This document shows, in pieces, positions 1-9,163 of a stretch of 64,000 nucleotides of DNA; positions within the stretch are counted from its first letter, which is position 1; every line of letters starts with the position of its first letter. The position numbers and the translations under genes were made by a program. Where the stretch lies: positions 2,816,001 through 2,880,000 of the forward strand of contig OY968796.1 of assembly GCA_963695545.1 (NCBI GenBank), written 5' to 3'. Below the pieces are notes generated by a model. It did no database searches and was not told the origin of the DNA. It saw nothing but the letters and a program-made list of their open reading frames with translations. Source of the DNA: Terriglobia bacterium (GTDB lineage: Bacteria; Acidobacteriota; Terriglobia; Acidiferrales; UBA7541).

Positions 1-1
1 A

Positions 2-340
2 GATCTTTATGTCGATGGCGAAGTGCACGGTAAAATTCAAATTCTCGAAGGCAAGGTTACCATCGGGCCGCAGGGACGCGTTTCGGCGGACATCGATGCA
101 CGCGAAATTCTGGTGCGCGGCAAGGTGCAGGGAAGTCTCCACGGTCGCGAACGCGTCGAGATTGCTGCCGCCGGAGACGTGCACGGCGACGTGACGGCGC
201 GTCGCTTAGTGATCGACGAAGGAGCAGTGGTTCAGGGTTCAATAGAGATCGAACGGCCGGCGGACGCGCCGCCGCGCGTTTCGCGCGCGACAGTGCCCGA
301 GGCCGAGCAGCCGGTCGCGTTCGAGACCGCGAAGCTGTAG
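2..340 (+). CDS. Bactofilin / polymer-forming cytoskeletal protein (5'-truncated by window edge)
   Basis: The frame is open from the window start: DLYVDGEVHGKI..VTIGPQGRVSADIDAREILVRGKVQGSLHGRERVEIAAAGDVHGDVTARRLVIDEGAVVQGSI, a typical bactofilin beta-helix pattern. Confidence 0.85.
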   Translation, partial: DLYVDGEVHGKIQILEGKVTIGPQGRVSADIDAREILVRGKVQGSLHGRERVEIAAAGDVHGDVTARRLVIDEGAVVQGSIEIERPADAPPRVSRATVPEAEQPVAFETAKL

Positions 341-349
341 AAAACGGAC

Positions 350-1123
350 ATGAGCTTTCTGAACCGATTGCGATTTTCCGCCGCCGCCCCAGTGGGCGCC
401 CAGCCCTCGCGGCATCTTCAGGCGGAAGGCCCATCGGGGTCGTCCGGGCGATTTGCGATGTCCGCGTCGCCGGTTTCAGTGCCGGTGGGAACGCCGGCCG
501 GGCCGGCATACGCGCCGCGAACGCCGCGCCCCTCGAACGGCCTCAAAGAATTCTTGTGGCACCTTGACGGCGTAGGCCATGGCCAGTTGCTCGACGTCGG
601 TCCAGCGTGGCAGCACACCGTGGGATTTTTCATCGAGCGTGGCTTCCGCGTTTACAGCGAAGATGTGCTGAGCGAATGGCAGTCGTTTCGTTCCGATGAA
701 GAAGCTAAGGTGCGCGCGCTCGGACCGGGCGAAGGCGATGAAGACATGACTCCCGCGGGGCGCGCCGAACGCTTCGTGAAGACGATCTTTCAGCAGCAGC
801 CGGGCACGCTGGACGGAATATTGCTGTGGGATTCGCTCGATTATTTCGATAGCGCGCTCGGTGCGCGCGTGGTATCGCGAGTCACGTCGCTGGTGCGCGA
901 TGGCGGCGTGGTTCTGGCGTTGTTCCACAGCCGCAAGCCGGAAAGCTTTCACCGCTATCGGGTGCTCGATTCGCAGAATCTGGAATTCGTCGGCGCGTCG
1001 TGCTCGCTTGCTCCGCAGCGCATTTTCCAGAACCGCGAGATTCAGGATTTGTTCAGTCGTTTCCGCTCATCGAAGACGTTCGTGGGCCGCGATCAGGTTC
1101 GCGAAGGACTCTTCATCAAGTAG
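350..1123 (+). CDS. Class I SAM-dependent methyltransferase-like protein
   Basis: Degenerate motif I (LLDVGP), LDGILLWDSLDY and LVRDGGVVLALF. Starts 9 bp after the bactofilin stop. Confidence 0.65.
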   Translation: MSFLNRLRFSAAAPVGAQPSRHLQAEGPSGSSGRFAMSASPVSVPVGTPAGPAYAPRTPRPSNGLKEFLWHLDGVGHGQLLDVGPAWQHTVGFFIERGFRVYSEDVLSEWQSFRSDEEAKVRALGPGEGDEDMTPAGRAERFVKTIFQQQPGTLDGILLWDSLDYFDSALGARVVSRVTSLVRDGGVVLALFHSRKPESFHRYRVLDSQNLEFVGASCSLAPQRIFQNREIQDLFSRFRSSKTFVGRDQVREGLFIK

Positions 1124-1266
1124 CTTCTTGCCGTAGATTCTTCCTGGCGCGAACACACCCGTCCCGCAATTTCCGATGCGCTCCCGATTCAGAACGGATT
1201 CAGATCGCCCGATGAGATCTTCGGCAATATTCCAGCCCACCGGGCGAATGGCCTGATGAGGCGGTT

Positions 1267-1410
1267 CTAGTAGCGGTGATGATGACGATGATGCCAGCGA
1301 TGCCAATGCGAACTGGTCTGCTGGACGTCGATGGTGTTAGCGCTGGCTGCCACCGGAATCGCCGTGACGATTACTGCGGCGAGGAACAGAGTGATTAGAA
1401 GTGCCTTCAT
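1267..1410 (-). CDS. Small secreted His-rich peptide 1 (47 aa)
   Basis: MKALLITLFLAAVIVTAIPVAASA-NTIDVQQTSSHWHRWHHRHHHRY. AGGAG RBS 8 nt before the ATG and an AxA signal-peptide site. Paralogue of the next gene. Confidence 0.75.
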   Translation of the reverse strand: MKALLITLFLAAVIVTAIPVAASANTIDVQQTSSHWHRWHHRHHHRY

Positions 1411-1575
1411 GATGTGGTCTCCTGACGTCTGACTACAGACAACAGTCTGGACTGAAATTACCGGGTTGTCTGTGCCGTTGGAGACACATCGCCGGATATA
1501 CGCGCGCTTAGGAGCACGGCCGACGCGCGACATTCACTCGCCCATCCATCCGCAAAACGGCCCGCGAGGAAACAA

Positions 1576-1731
1576 CTATTCGGTGAGGTGCGGGTGATGA
1601 TGGCGATGATGACGGTGATGGTGCTGATCGCCGGTCTGATGGATGTCGATGGTGGTCGCACTGGCCGCCGCCGGAATGGACATGACGGCCGCCACAGCGA
1701 GAAAGAGAACTGCCAAAAGTCGCGATTTCAT
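1576..1731 (-). CDS. Small secreted His-rich peptide 2 (51 aa; below ORF-track cutoff)
   Basis: Translated by hand: MKSRLLAVLFLAVAAVMSIPAAASA-TTIDIHQTGDQHHHRHHRHHHPHLTE*. AGGAG RBS 8 nt before the ATG. Confidence 0.75.
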   Translation of the reverse strand: MKSRLLAVLFLAVAAVMSIPAAASATTIDIHQTGDQHHHRHHRHHHPHLTE

Positions 1732-1960
1732 GGTTCTGGCTCCTGACTGCAAGTGAGATCATACAACTGCAGTCTAAACGAATTCGAGCCTTAGGGCGCC
1801 AGAGTTCCAATATGTAAAGAGGCGATGCGGAGTCGCGCGCCGGCTTGCGGCTGTCGCGCGCGGCGTTTGCGTCGGCCGGGCGAACAACCCGTAGAGTAAG
1901 CGCGCGTCGCTTGGCGGAAATGCCTGGCGCGCGATGCTTCGTGTAAAGGACCGTATCTCT

Positions 1961-2128
1961 CTAGTGCCCGGGCCAAATCACGCGAATTAGATCGCGCTGA
2001 TTTTCAATCACGCCCGATTGCCACAGGATGGCGCAAAGCATCAGGCTCATGGTGACGACGGATAACGCGAGCGCGATTGCCATTTGCGATTCCGTGGCGG
2101 GTATGGTCAATTTCCGAAGTATCCGCAC
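1961..2128 (-). CDS. Small single-pass membrane protein
   Basis: GTG/TTG start after GGGGAGGG. VRILRKLTIPATESQ, then a hydrophobic stretch MAIALALSVVTMSLMLCAILW and a short tail. Confidence 0.5.
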   Translation of the reverse strand: MRILRKLTIPATESQMAIALALSVVTMSLMLCAILWQSGVIENQRDLIRVIWPGH

Positions 2129-2394
2129 CAAGATTCCCTCCCCCTGTTGCGTCCCTGGAAGCGCCAACAAAAAATATGGCGCGCAGTATACCCCACGGCC
2201 CCGAGCGCCGGAAGAAACTTCCGACATTTCCTGGTGGAATACGTGGCAATCGGAATGCCAAGACGAACGCGCCGATAAGTCTTGCATTCGCGTCTATATC
2301 GATCGGAATCCGATAAATTCGGCGCTCAAATCCGGAAGGCGTGGAAAACTTCTGCGCAGTGGCGGGTTAATTACGGCAAATTATTCCGCGCGAT

Positions 2395-3285
2395 CTAACG
2401 CGGTGCTAGGACTCCCAGTACGACGCCGGCCCAGCCTTCAGGACCTGAATATTCGGCTTGCTCGAACGGACGCGAATGTTTTGACGAATGCGGCCGTATC
2501 AGTTCGCTGAAGCTGTGTGCGCCCGCCAATTCGGGTGGCGTGGCGGAATTTTTCGCCACGTCTTCCGGTGGCAGCATGATTCCGCGGTCCGCGGCAGATA
2601 ACATCGCGCGATCATCTGGTCCTGCGCCGATGGCGACGATCTGTGACTGGAGCCGTTTGGGCGCGGAGGCGCGAAATAGTTTCGCCAGGCGCCGCGCCGC
2701 CTCTGCGCTATCCGCTATCGAAGAAAAACGCCAGAAGGGCTCGTCCGGTTGGGCGTGAAAGCCGCGCTCACGCGCCAGCGCGACGAAGCGCGCAGCGTCG
2801 TCGTCGGAGGTTCCAGCGAAGAAAAACGGCTCCTCAAAATCGCGCAGACGAAACTGTTCGGCTTCGCGCCGCGAGAGTCCGGTATTCTGCTCGATTTCGT
2901 GAAGGCTCATTTGGCTCACGCCCACCACGCTGACGCCGGCTTCCTCCGCCAATTCTTCCAGCGCGGCAGCCACTTCGCTGTAGGGTTTGCCCAAGGACAG
3001 CATTTGGAAATTGCCGGAGCGTTCCTGTCCTTCGATGCGCACGGGGAAATATCCCTGGGGAACGAACAAGCCGCCGCCATGTTCGCTGACGAACGGTCCG
3101 CTGTGGCCAAGTTTGCGGCGAATGGGATCGAGTTGCGCGCGTGTGAGCCCCGAAAAAATCACCCAGGGCACAGCGCGGAGCTCGAGTTCGTCGATGCCCG
3201 GCTGCGCACCCGCCCACGAGCCCGTGCGGGCATCGAGCAAACATCCTTCGAGCGCGGTAAATAGGATTTTTCGGGTGGCCAGCAC
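2395..3285 (-). CDS. Mannosyl-3-phosphoglycerate phosphatase-like (HAD IIB) protein with degenerate catalytic motifs
   Basis: MpgP/YedP-like segments (PFVSEHGGGLFVP, LGKPYSEV, TGLSRREA..RDFEEPF). Motif I reads FTALEGCLLD and motif IV reads GAGPDD. Start placed at GTG 3285 (approximate). Confidence 0.75.
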   Translation of the reverse strand: MLATRKILFTALEGCLLDARTGSWAGAQPGIDELELRAVPWVIFSGLTRAQLDPIRRKLGHSGPFVSEHGGGLFVPQGYFPVRIEGQERSGNFQMLSLGKPYSEVAAALEELAEEAGVSVVGVSQMSLHEIEQNTGLSRREAEQFRLRDFEEPFFFAGTSDDDAARFVALARERGFHAQPDEPFWRFSSIADSAEAARRLAKLFRASAPKRLQSQIVAIGAGPDDRAMLSAADRGIMLPPEDVAKNSATPPELAGAHSFSELIRPHSSKHSRPFEQAEYSGPEGWAGVVLGVLAPR

Positions 3286-3469
3286 GGGAAATGAGTGTAG
3301 CGCGATCACGACGTCCGGCGAAGCGACTACTGAACCGCGGGCGAAATCGCCGGCGGGCGAGCCGGCAATTCGCACGTCACGCCGGAGAAAGACGGGACTC
3401 TTGATCTTTGTTGTGGGCAATTGTATCGTTCGCGTGACTATGAGACTCACCCACCGAATATTTGAGTCA

Positions 3470-4312
3470 ATGCGCTCCGCGCGGGCCGCGCTGCTGGCGA
3501 TGATGTTGTGTATCGCGATTGTTCCGCTGCGCGCACAAGCGCCGGCCGCGCCGGCAACACCTGCGCAGGGCGCGCCCGCGACGTCTGCGCCTGTCGCTCC
3601 GGCATGGGCCCAGCCGGGTTCTCCGGGGCATCCGCAAGTTGCTCCGCCGGCGGATTTTCACCGAGCGAGCACGAATTTCGACACGCCCATCGGAATATTC
3701 GATGGACAGTCCGATATTGGAAGCGCGGTGGTGCCGGGCAGCGCGAGCTACGACCCGAGCACGAAGCAATACACGATCAATTCCGCGGGCTACAACGTCT
3801 GGTACACGCGCGACGAATTTCGTTATCTATGGAAGAAAATGTCCGGCGACGTATCGCTCGCGGCAGACATCGCGTTTCCGGATCCGAATGGCTACGGCGA
3901 TCGCAAGGCTGTGCTGATCATTCGCCAGGATTTGGACGACGACTCCAAAGAGGCGCTGGTCGCGCTGCATGGCGCCGGCATGATTCAGCTGGCGCAGCGT
4001 CCTGAGAAGGACGCGCGCGTGAAGGACATGGAGTTTCGCATCGGCGGACGGGGGCGCCCCGGCGGCACGAGCCCGGACAGCCTGGTCACCGTGATGGCGC
4101 AGCGCATCGGAATCGAAAAGCACGGCGATTCCTTCACGCTCTTCGTCAGCCTGGAAGGCGAACCGATGCATCAGTTCGGACCGCCGATTACGCTGCACAT
4201 CGACGGGCCATTCTACGTCGGCATCGGATTCTGCTCGCACCTGCCGGATAAGTCCGATACTGCGGTGCTCTCCAACGTGGTCCTTGAAAATTCCTCCGGC
4301 GAGGTGCGTTAG
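3470..4312 (+). CDS. Secreted beta-sandwich (lectin/ConA-like) protein of unknown function
   Basis: Signal peptide and Ala/Pro linker, then GIFDGQSDIG..GYNVWYTRDEFRYLWKKMSGDVSLAADI..FYVGIGFCSH. The start may instead be ATG 3440. Confidence 0.6.
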   Translation: MRSARAALLAMMLCIAIVPLRAQAPAAPATPAQGAPATSAPVAPAWAQPGSPGHPQVAPPADFHRASTNFDTPIGIFDGQSDIGSAVVPGSASYDPSTKQYTINSAGYNVWYTRDEFRYLWKKMSGDVSLAADIAFPDPNGYGDRKAVLIIRQDLDDDSKEALVALHGAGMIQLAQRPEKDARVKDMEFRIGGRGRPGGTSPDSLVTVMAQRIGIEKHGDSFTLFVSLEGEPMHQFGPPITLHIDGPFYVGIGFCSHLPDKSDTAVLSNVVLENSSGEVR

Positions 4313-4403
4313 CGGCGTCCCACTTTAGTCGGAGTGAAGCGAGCCGCTCATTTGCTACAACGATCGGCGCGATGGGACGAAGTTGCAGCACGTGGAGAAG
4401 CGC

Positions 4404-5693
4404 ATGATCTCGCCGGTGAATCCGCAAGGCCCCAGCAGAGGAACAAAAAAATGGCTGCGAAGGTGGCAGTTCTTCGCGCGCGCGACTGTTTGTGCTGTTC
4501 TTCTGATTGTTTCCGTCGCGTTCGCCCAGTCGCAGGGCCACGCAGGAAGCTCGGCATCAGCCCCGGCGCCAAAACAAGAATCGAGCGGCGACAAAGGAAT
4601 ACAGCCCGATCTGGAATATCCGATTCTGGCGATCGGCGCGCCCGCTCCTGATTTCGATCTGCCGGGAGTAGACGGCAAAAACCATAGGCTCGCCGACTAC
4701 GCCAAAGCCAAAATTCTTGCGATCGTTTTCGAGTGCGATCACTGCCCGGTATCGCAGTTGTACGAAGACCGCATTGAAAAAATCTACCACGACTATAAAG
4801 ACAAGGGCGTGGCGCTCGTGGCGATCAACCCGAATAATCCGAAGGCAATCCGCCTGGATGAAATGGGATTTACGGACGTGGGCGATTCGCTGGCGGACAT
4901 GAAAATTCGCGCGGCGTTTCGGCACATCGATTATCCGTATCTATATGACGGCGAAACGCAAGCCGTGGCCATGAAGTTCGGCGTGGTGGCCACACCGCAT
5001 ATTTTTATTTTCGATCAGCAGCGCAAGCTTCGCTATCAAGGCGGAATTGACGACAACATGACGGAATCGCTTGCGACGTCACACGCCGCGCGCGACGCAA
5101 TTGACGCGCTGCTGGCGGGACACCCGGTCGCGGTTGAGACTACGCGCGCTTTCGGCTGCTCGACCAAGTGGCTCTCGAAATCCACGGGCGTCGAGGCCGA
5201 AATGGAGAGGATTGATGCGGAGCCGGTGACCGTGACCATGGCCAGCGCGGACGATTTGAAAAAGTTGCGCGCGAATTCGACCGGCAAGCTGTTGCTCGTG
5301 AACTTCTGGGCCACCTGGTGCGGTCCCTGCATCAGCGAATTCCCGGATTTGCAGGATACCTATCGGATGTACCGGAACCGCGACTTTACGATGGTGACGG
5401 TCTCGGAAAACGATCCGAGCGCAAAAGCGGCCGTTCTGAAATTTCTCGAGAAGATGCATGCTTCGACCACGAATCTGGCTTTTGCGTCGGCCGACACGAA
5501 TGCCATGCAAGACGCGTTCGATCCGAAAATGGGAGCGGCCGTGCCGTTCACACTGCTGATCGCTCCGAATGGCGATGTGGTTTATCAGGAGCAGGGCGAC
5601 GTGACCATTCTGAAATTGCGCCGCGCGATTCTGCTGAACCTGCCGGACACCGCGGATTATCCAGGCCAGCAAGCATTTTGGTCGGGAAGATAG
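4404..5693 (+). CDS. Exported double redoxin (AhpC/TSA-like + TlpA-like thioredoxin domains)
   Basis: APDFDLPGVDG, CDHCP and FGCSTKW in domain 1; VNFWATWCGPC in domain 2; N-terminal signal or anchor. Start uncertain. Confidence 0.85.
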   Translation: MISPVNPQGPSRGTKKWLRRWQFFARATVCAVLLIVSVAFAQSQGHAGSSASAPAPKQESSGDKGIQPDLEYPILAIGAPAPDFDLPGVDGKNHRLADYAKAKILAIVFECDHCPVSQLYEDRIEKIYHDYKDKGVALVAINPNNPKAIRLDEMGFTDVGDSLADMKIRAAFRHIDYPYLYDGETQAVAMKFGVVATPHIFIFDQQRKLRYQGGIDDNMTESLATSHAARDAIDALLAGHPVAVETTRAFGCSTKWLSKSTGVEAEMERIDAEPVTVTMASADDLKKLRANSTGKLLLVNFWATWCGPCISEFPDLQDTYRMYRNRDFTMVTVSENDPSAKAAVLKFLEKMHASTTNLAFASADTNAMQDAFDPKMGAAVPFTLLIAPNGDVVYQEQGDVTILKLRRAILLNLPDTADYPGQQAFWSGR

Positions 5694-5883
5694 GGACCGA
5701 CGTCCCATTCGCCGGTGATTTCCGAACAGCTCGGCGGCCGAACCACCTTCTTTGCGCATGGTTAAACAGCGCCTAGCTGTATAATTGGTACTAATAAGTT
5801 AGAGTACCCCGCACGACAGCCTAAGGAATTCAGATTTCATAATTGGTGGCGGCATTTACTGGGCAATGCTCCGGAGCCGCGAT

Positions 5884-5925
5884 TGCCAATAAGTGTCGTT
5901 TCAAAGCGACAGAAAACGGCGGAAT
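5884..5925 (+). promoter_or_regulatory. Putative upstream activator site of pilin 1 (palindrome TGTCG-N8-CGACA)
   Basis: TGCCAATAAGTGTCGTTTCAAAGCGACA aligns with the element upstream of pilin 2. It lies about 160-185 bp upstream of a sigma54 promoter. Confidence 0.6.
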
Positions 5926-6069
5926 TCACTGCTAAGCCGGCGCGGGAAGACGATGTCGGCCGCCGCTCGAAAAGGTCCCACCCCTCGCTTACATCGCTAA
6001 GTCTTGTATTTCGAGCCGGTTGAGGATGATTCTCTTGTGTCGTGCCCTGGAATCAGCAGTGTGCCCATG

Positions 6070-6085
6070 TGGCACAGCGCTTGCA
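6070..6085 (+). promoter_or_regulatory. Sigma54 -24/-12 promoter of pilin 1
   Basis: TGGCAC-AGCGC-TTGCA is an exact match to TGGCAC-N5-TTGCW. Confidence 0.85.
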
Positions 6086-6154
6086 CGTATACCCACCGGG
6101 TATCGGTCGAGTTCCTCGGCGCGAAAGTGGCGCTCCAGATTCTGAGGAGATGTC

Positions 6155-6634
6155 GTGCGAAACAGGCAGAAGGGATTTTCACTCATCGAATTATTGATCG
6201 TTGTCGCGATCATCCTGATAATTGCGGCGATCGCCATACCGGCTTTAATGCGCTCGAAGATGTCCTCGAACGAGGCCTCGGCTGTCAGCTCGCTGAGGAC
6301 GATGAACACGGCTTGCGTGACGTTTTCAGACGAGTACGGCGGATTTCCCAGTTCGTTGAACGCTATGGGCGGCGAAGGAACAACTGCGCTGCCCACTTCG
6401 ACATCCGCGGAGTTGATCGACAACGTGCTGCAGAGCGGCATTAAGACCGGCTACACGTTTTCGTTTTCGGCGGGCGCTCCCGATAACGCGGGCAACGTCG
6501 ACACCTACATCATCAATGCGGCTCCGATCGTGCCGGAAGTGAGCGGCATTCGTTATTTCTACACGGATCAAACCGGTGTGATCCGCTCCGACCCAGCGAC
6601 CGCTGCAACGTTCGCCAGCACGCCGATCAGCTAG
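6155..6634 (+). CDS. Type IV pilin (PilA-like), copy 1
   Basis: QKG/FSLIELLIVVAIILIIAAIAIP prepilin cleavage/methylation motif. GTG start after GAGGAG. Confidence 0.92.
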   Translation: MRNRQKGFSLIELLIVVAIILIIAAIAIPALMRSKMSSNEASAVSSLRTMNTACVTFSDEYGGFPSSLNAMGGEGTTALPTSTSAELIDNVLQSGIKTGYTFSFSAGAPDNAGNVDTYIINAAPIVPEVSGIRYFYTDQTGVIRSDPATAATFASTPIS

Positions 6635-6824
6635 AATTCGCGCCAGTCCAAGTTAGCGAAAGGCGCATTCCGTGACCAGCGCCGCGGGGGCAAAGCGAAA
6701 AGCTTCGTCGCCGCGCGTCGTTCGGTACGTCATGACCGGCGACCTGGCGAGAGTTGTGTTCGGGCGCGAAATTACCGGCTACAATCGCGTCACGAGAGGG
6801 AAATTCGGTTAGCCTCTCGTTGGA

Positions 6825-7718
6825 ATGAATCTCGATAGCCGCCTCGCTTTCGTGCTTCTCTACTGCGCCGTAATTCTCAGCGTGCTCTCGTTTTCTGTTT
6901 TCGCGGTAGCGGCGCCTGCTCCGGTTCATGGACTGTGGGTCTGGAAAAGCCCGACGGTGCTCGAAGCGCCTCGGGGCGCGGAGGACCTGGTCGAATTCTG
7001 CAACTCGGTCGGCATCAACGAAATCTATGTGTCAATTTCCGCGAGCACCGAGGCCGATGAGGAAAGCGATCTCGTTCATCTCATAGACCTGGCGCATCGC
7101 TCCGGGATTCGCGTGGAAGCGCTGCTATCGAGCACGGACGCGGACGAGCCGGGTAAACACAGAGATACGCTGCTCGATCACGTGCAGGGAATTGTCGCGT
7201 TCAATCGGAAGCATCCGGCGGCTCGATTCGATGGGATTCATCTGGATATCGAGCCACAGCAGCGGCCGGAGAATAAGGGTGCAGGGAATCTGCAATTCGT
7301 GCCGGATCTTGTCGACGCTTTTCGCGCTGTGCGCGCCATTGCGGAGCCGGCCGGGATGACGGTGAACACGGACATTCAGAATAAACTATTGAAGGGCGAT
7401 GCCGCCGAGCGGCAGATGCTTTTGACGTCTGTGCCGCGAATCACGCTGATGATGTATGAGCTGAGCAGCCCCGGCGATGGTGAGAGCGCCGCACAACAAG
7501 CCGAGAAGGTAGCGACATCGAGCACGAAATATCTCAGCATGGCTTACGACGGAATAGTCGGCGCGAATCTGGCGAAAATGTTGATCGCATTGCGAACGCC
7601 GGATTACGACGAGCTGCTTCCACAGATGCTCGAGAAACTCGACGACGCGAATCGCGCGAACCCGCATTACCTGGGATGGGCGCGCCATTCTTACAACGAC
7701 TATTTGCAGGCGCACTAA
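6825..7718 (+). CDS. Secreted glycoside-hydrolase-like TIM-barrel protein
   Basis: Signal peptide, GLWVW, GINEIYVS, FDGIHLDIEP (GH18-like DxE motif) and ITLMMY. Confidence 0.6.
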   Translation: MNLDSRLAFVLLYCAVILSVLSFSVFAVAAPAPVHGLWVWKSPTVLEAPRGAEDLVEFCNSVGINEIYVSISASTEADEESDLVHLIDLAHRSGIRVEALLSSTDADEPGKHRDTLLDHVQGIVAFNRKHPAARFDGIHLDIEPQQRPENKGAGNLQFVPDLVDAFRAVRAIAEPAGMTVNTDIQNKLLKGDAAERQMLLTSVPRITLMMYELSSPGDGESAAQQAEKVATSSTKYLSMAYDGIVGANLAKMLIALRTPDYDELLPQMLEKLDDANRANPHYLGWARHSYNDYLQAH

Positions 7719-7838
7719 AACGACGGCTCACCCACGATGCGCGCGCCCGCGTCTTGCGCAGCGACGCTCGTAGCTTCTTCAGCTGCGCGGTCCAGTTCGT
7801 CACCCGCGTGCCGCGCGTCCTAAATGGCCGAACGAGTA

Positions 7839-8885
7839 TTACGGTCGCACACCCGCAATCTTGAGCCGGATGCGATAGATGCTCGTGCTCGCCGCGATGT
7901 AGAGAGTCTTGCCGTCTGCATCTCCCCAGGCGAGATTGGCCATGCGCTCCGGAACCGCGATCGTTCCCAAATGTTTCCCCTCGGGCGAAATAATCCACAA
8001 GCCGCCCGGACCCGAACCATATAGGTTCCCCTGCTCATCCACCTTGATGCCGTCAGGCCCGCCCACGCCAGGGGCCTTCGACGCGTCCAGGAAGACCATT
8101 TCGTCGGTGACGGATCCATCCGGAAGCACGCGATATCGCAACCACTGCTTCAATCCCGACTCCGCGATGTACAGATATTTTTCGTCGGGGGAAAATGCGA
8201 TCCCGTTTGGTCTCGCGAGGTCCCCGATCACAAGTTGCAGGTGTTCGCGATCCGGCGGAGCGCCCGGCTTCTGCCGGCTCGCATTCGGGATGCGGTACAC
8301 GCCGTTCACTTTCAATTCTTTCAGCGGGTCGTCGTCGCCCTGCGTGGGCAGGCCATAAGGCGGATCGGTGAAATAAAGCGAGCCGTCCGATTTGTATACC
8401 AGGTCGTTCGGACTGCTGAGTTTCTCGCCCTGATAGGAATCCGCCAGAACCGTGATTTGCGCGTTCGGATCGAGCGATTCAAGTCGCCAGACGTTGCGCC
8501 GCGCGTGCCCTGCGACCGTCAGGCGTCCCATAGCGTCGAGAGTCATCGCATTCGAGCCGGGCTCAGGCCCTCCGTAGGGCGCTGTGCCCGTATATCCGCT
8601 CGGGTGCAGGAAGACCGTCGCGCCGCCGGCGGGGGTCCAGCGGTCAATGTTATTCGCGGGAATTTCCGCAAAGAAAAGACGGCCGTCGGGTGTCCAGACC
8701 GGCCCTTCGGTCCACTTATCGAATCCCGTCGCCACGCGCTCTAGCTTCGCATCCGCCGGCACGATCGCGTCCAGCGCGGGATCGAGCTTCTGAATCTCTT
8801 GCGGCGCTACGGAACCAGCCGCGATCGCCGCCATCAGCACCAATCCCAGCAACCATCCTGCTATGTAGGTTTTCATGCGCCGCAT
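7839..8885 (-). CDS. SMP-30/gluconolactonase family protein, secreted
   Basis: WTEGPVW, SPNDLV, YFTDPPYG, PNGIAFSPD, PDGIKVD and NLAWGD motifs. Confidence 0.93.
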   Translation of the reverse strand: MRRMKTYIAGWLLGLVLMAAIAAGSVAPQEIQKLDPALDAIVPADAKLERVATGFDKWTEGPVWTPDGRLFFAEIPANNIDRWTPAGGATVFLHPSGYTGTAPYGGPEPGSNAMTLDAMGRLTVAGHARRNVWRLESLDPNAQITVLADSYQGEKLSSPNDLVYKSDGSLYFTDPPYGLPTQGDDDPLKELKVNGVYRIPNASRQKPGAPPDREHLQLVIGDLARPNGIAFSPDEKYLYIAESGLKQWLRYRVLPDGSVTDEMVFLDASKAPGVGGPDGIKVDEQGNLYGSGPGGLWIISPEGKHLGTIAVPERMANLAWGDADGKTLYIAASTSIYRIRLKIAGVRP

Positions 8886-9079
8886 TCTACTCCAGCATTC
8901 TGTTCAATTGCCATGCGGCCGCCAGCCCGACGGGCGTTGGGCGACTTCAGAATGGAAGGGGAAAAACGGCGGACACGTCAGACGGGCTAGTTGGCGGTTC
9001 GTCGAACACCGGCTCGCGGACGACACGTGGGGCAAATCCGCATCTCAGTGATTGCCTCGGAGTCGGTGCATAAACGCCA

Positions 9080-9114
9080 AAATGGGGAGGAAGCTTTTCG
9101 CTTCCTCCCCATTT
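9080..9114 (-). terminator. Intrinsic terminator-like hairpin after pilin 2
   Basis: 15-bp stem AAATGGGGAGGAAGC/GCTTCCTCCCCATTT, 50 bp past the stop codon. Confidence 0.7.
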
Positions 9115-9163
9115 GGCGAACGCCGAAACACCTTTGAGCCACTCGGATGGAACGGCGCGGATC

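Noticed and set aside
2395..3450. Extended N-termini given by the ORF track (also 2987, 14854, 25641, 48698, 52920, 59734)
   Set aside because: Downstream starts fit the RBS, signal peptide or domain boundaries better and avoid overlaps.
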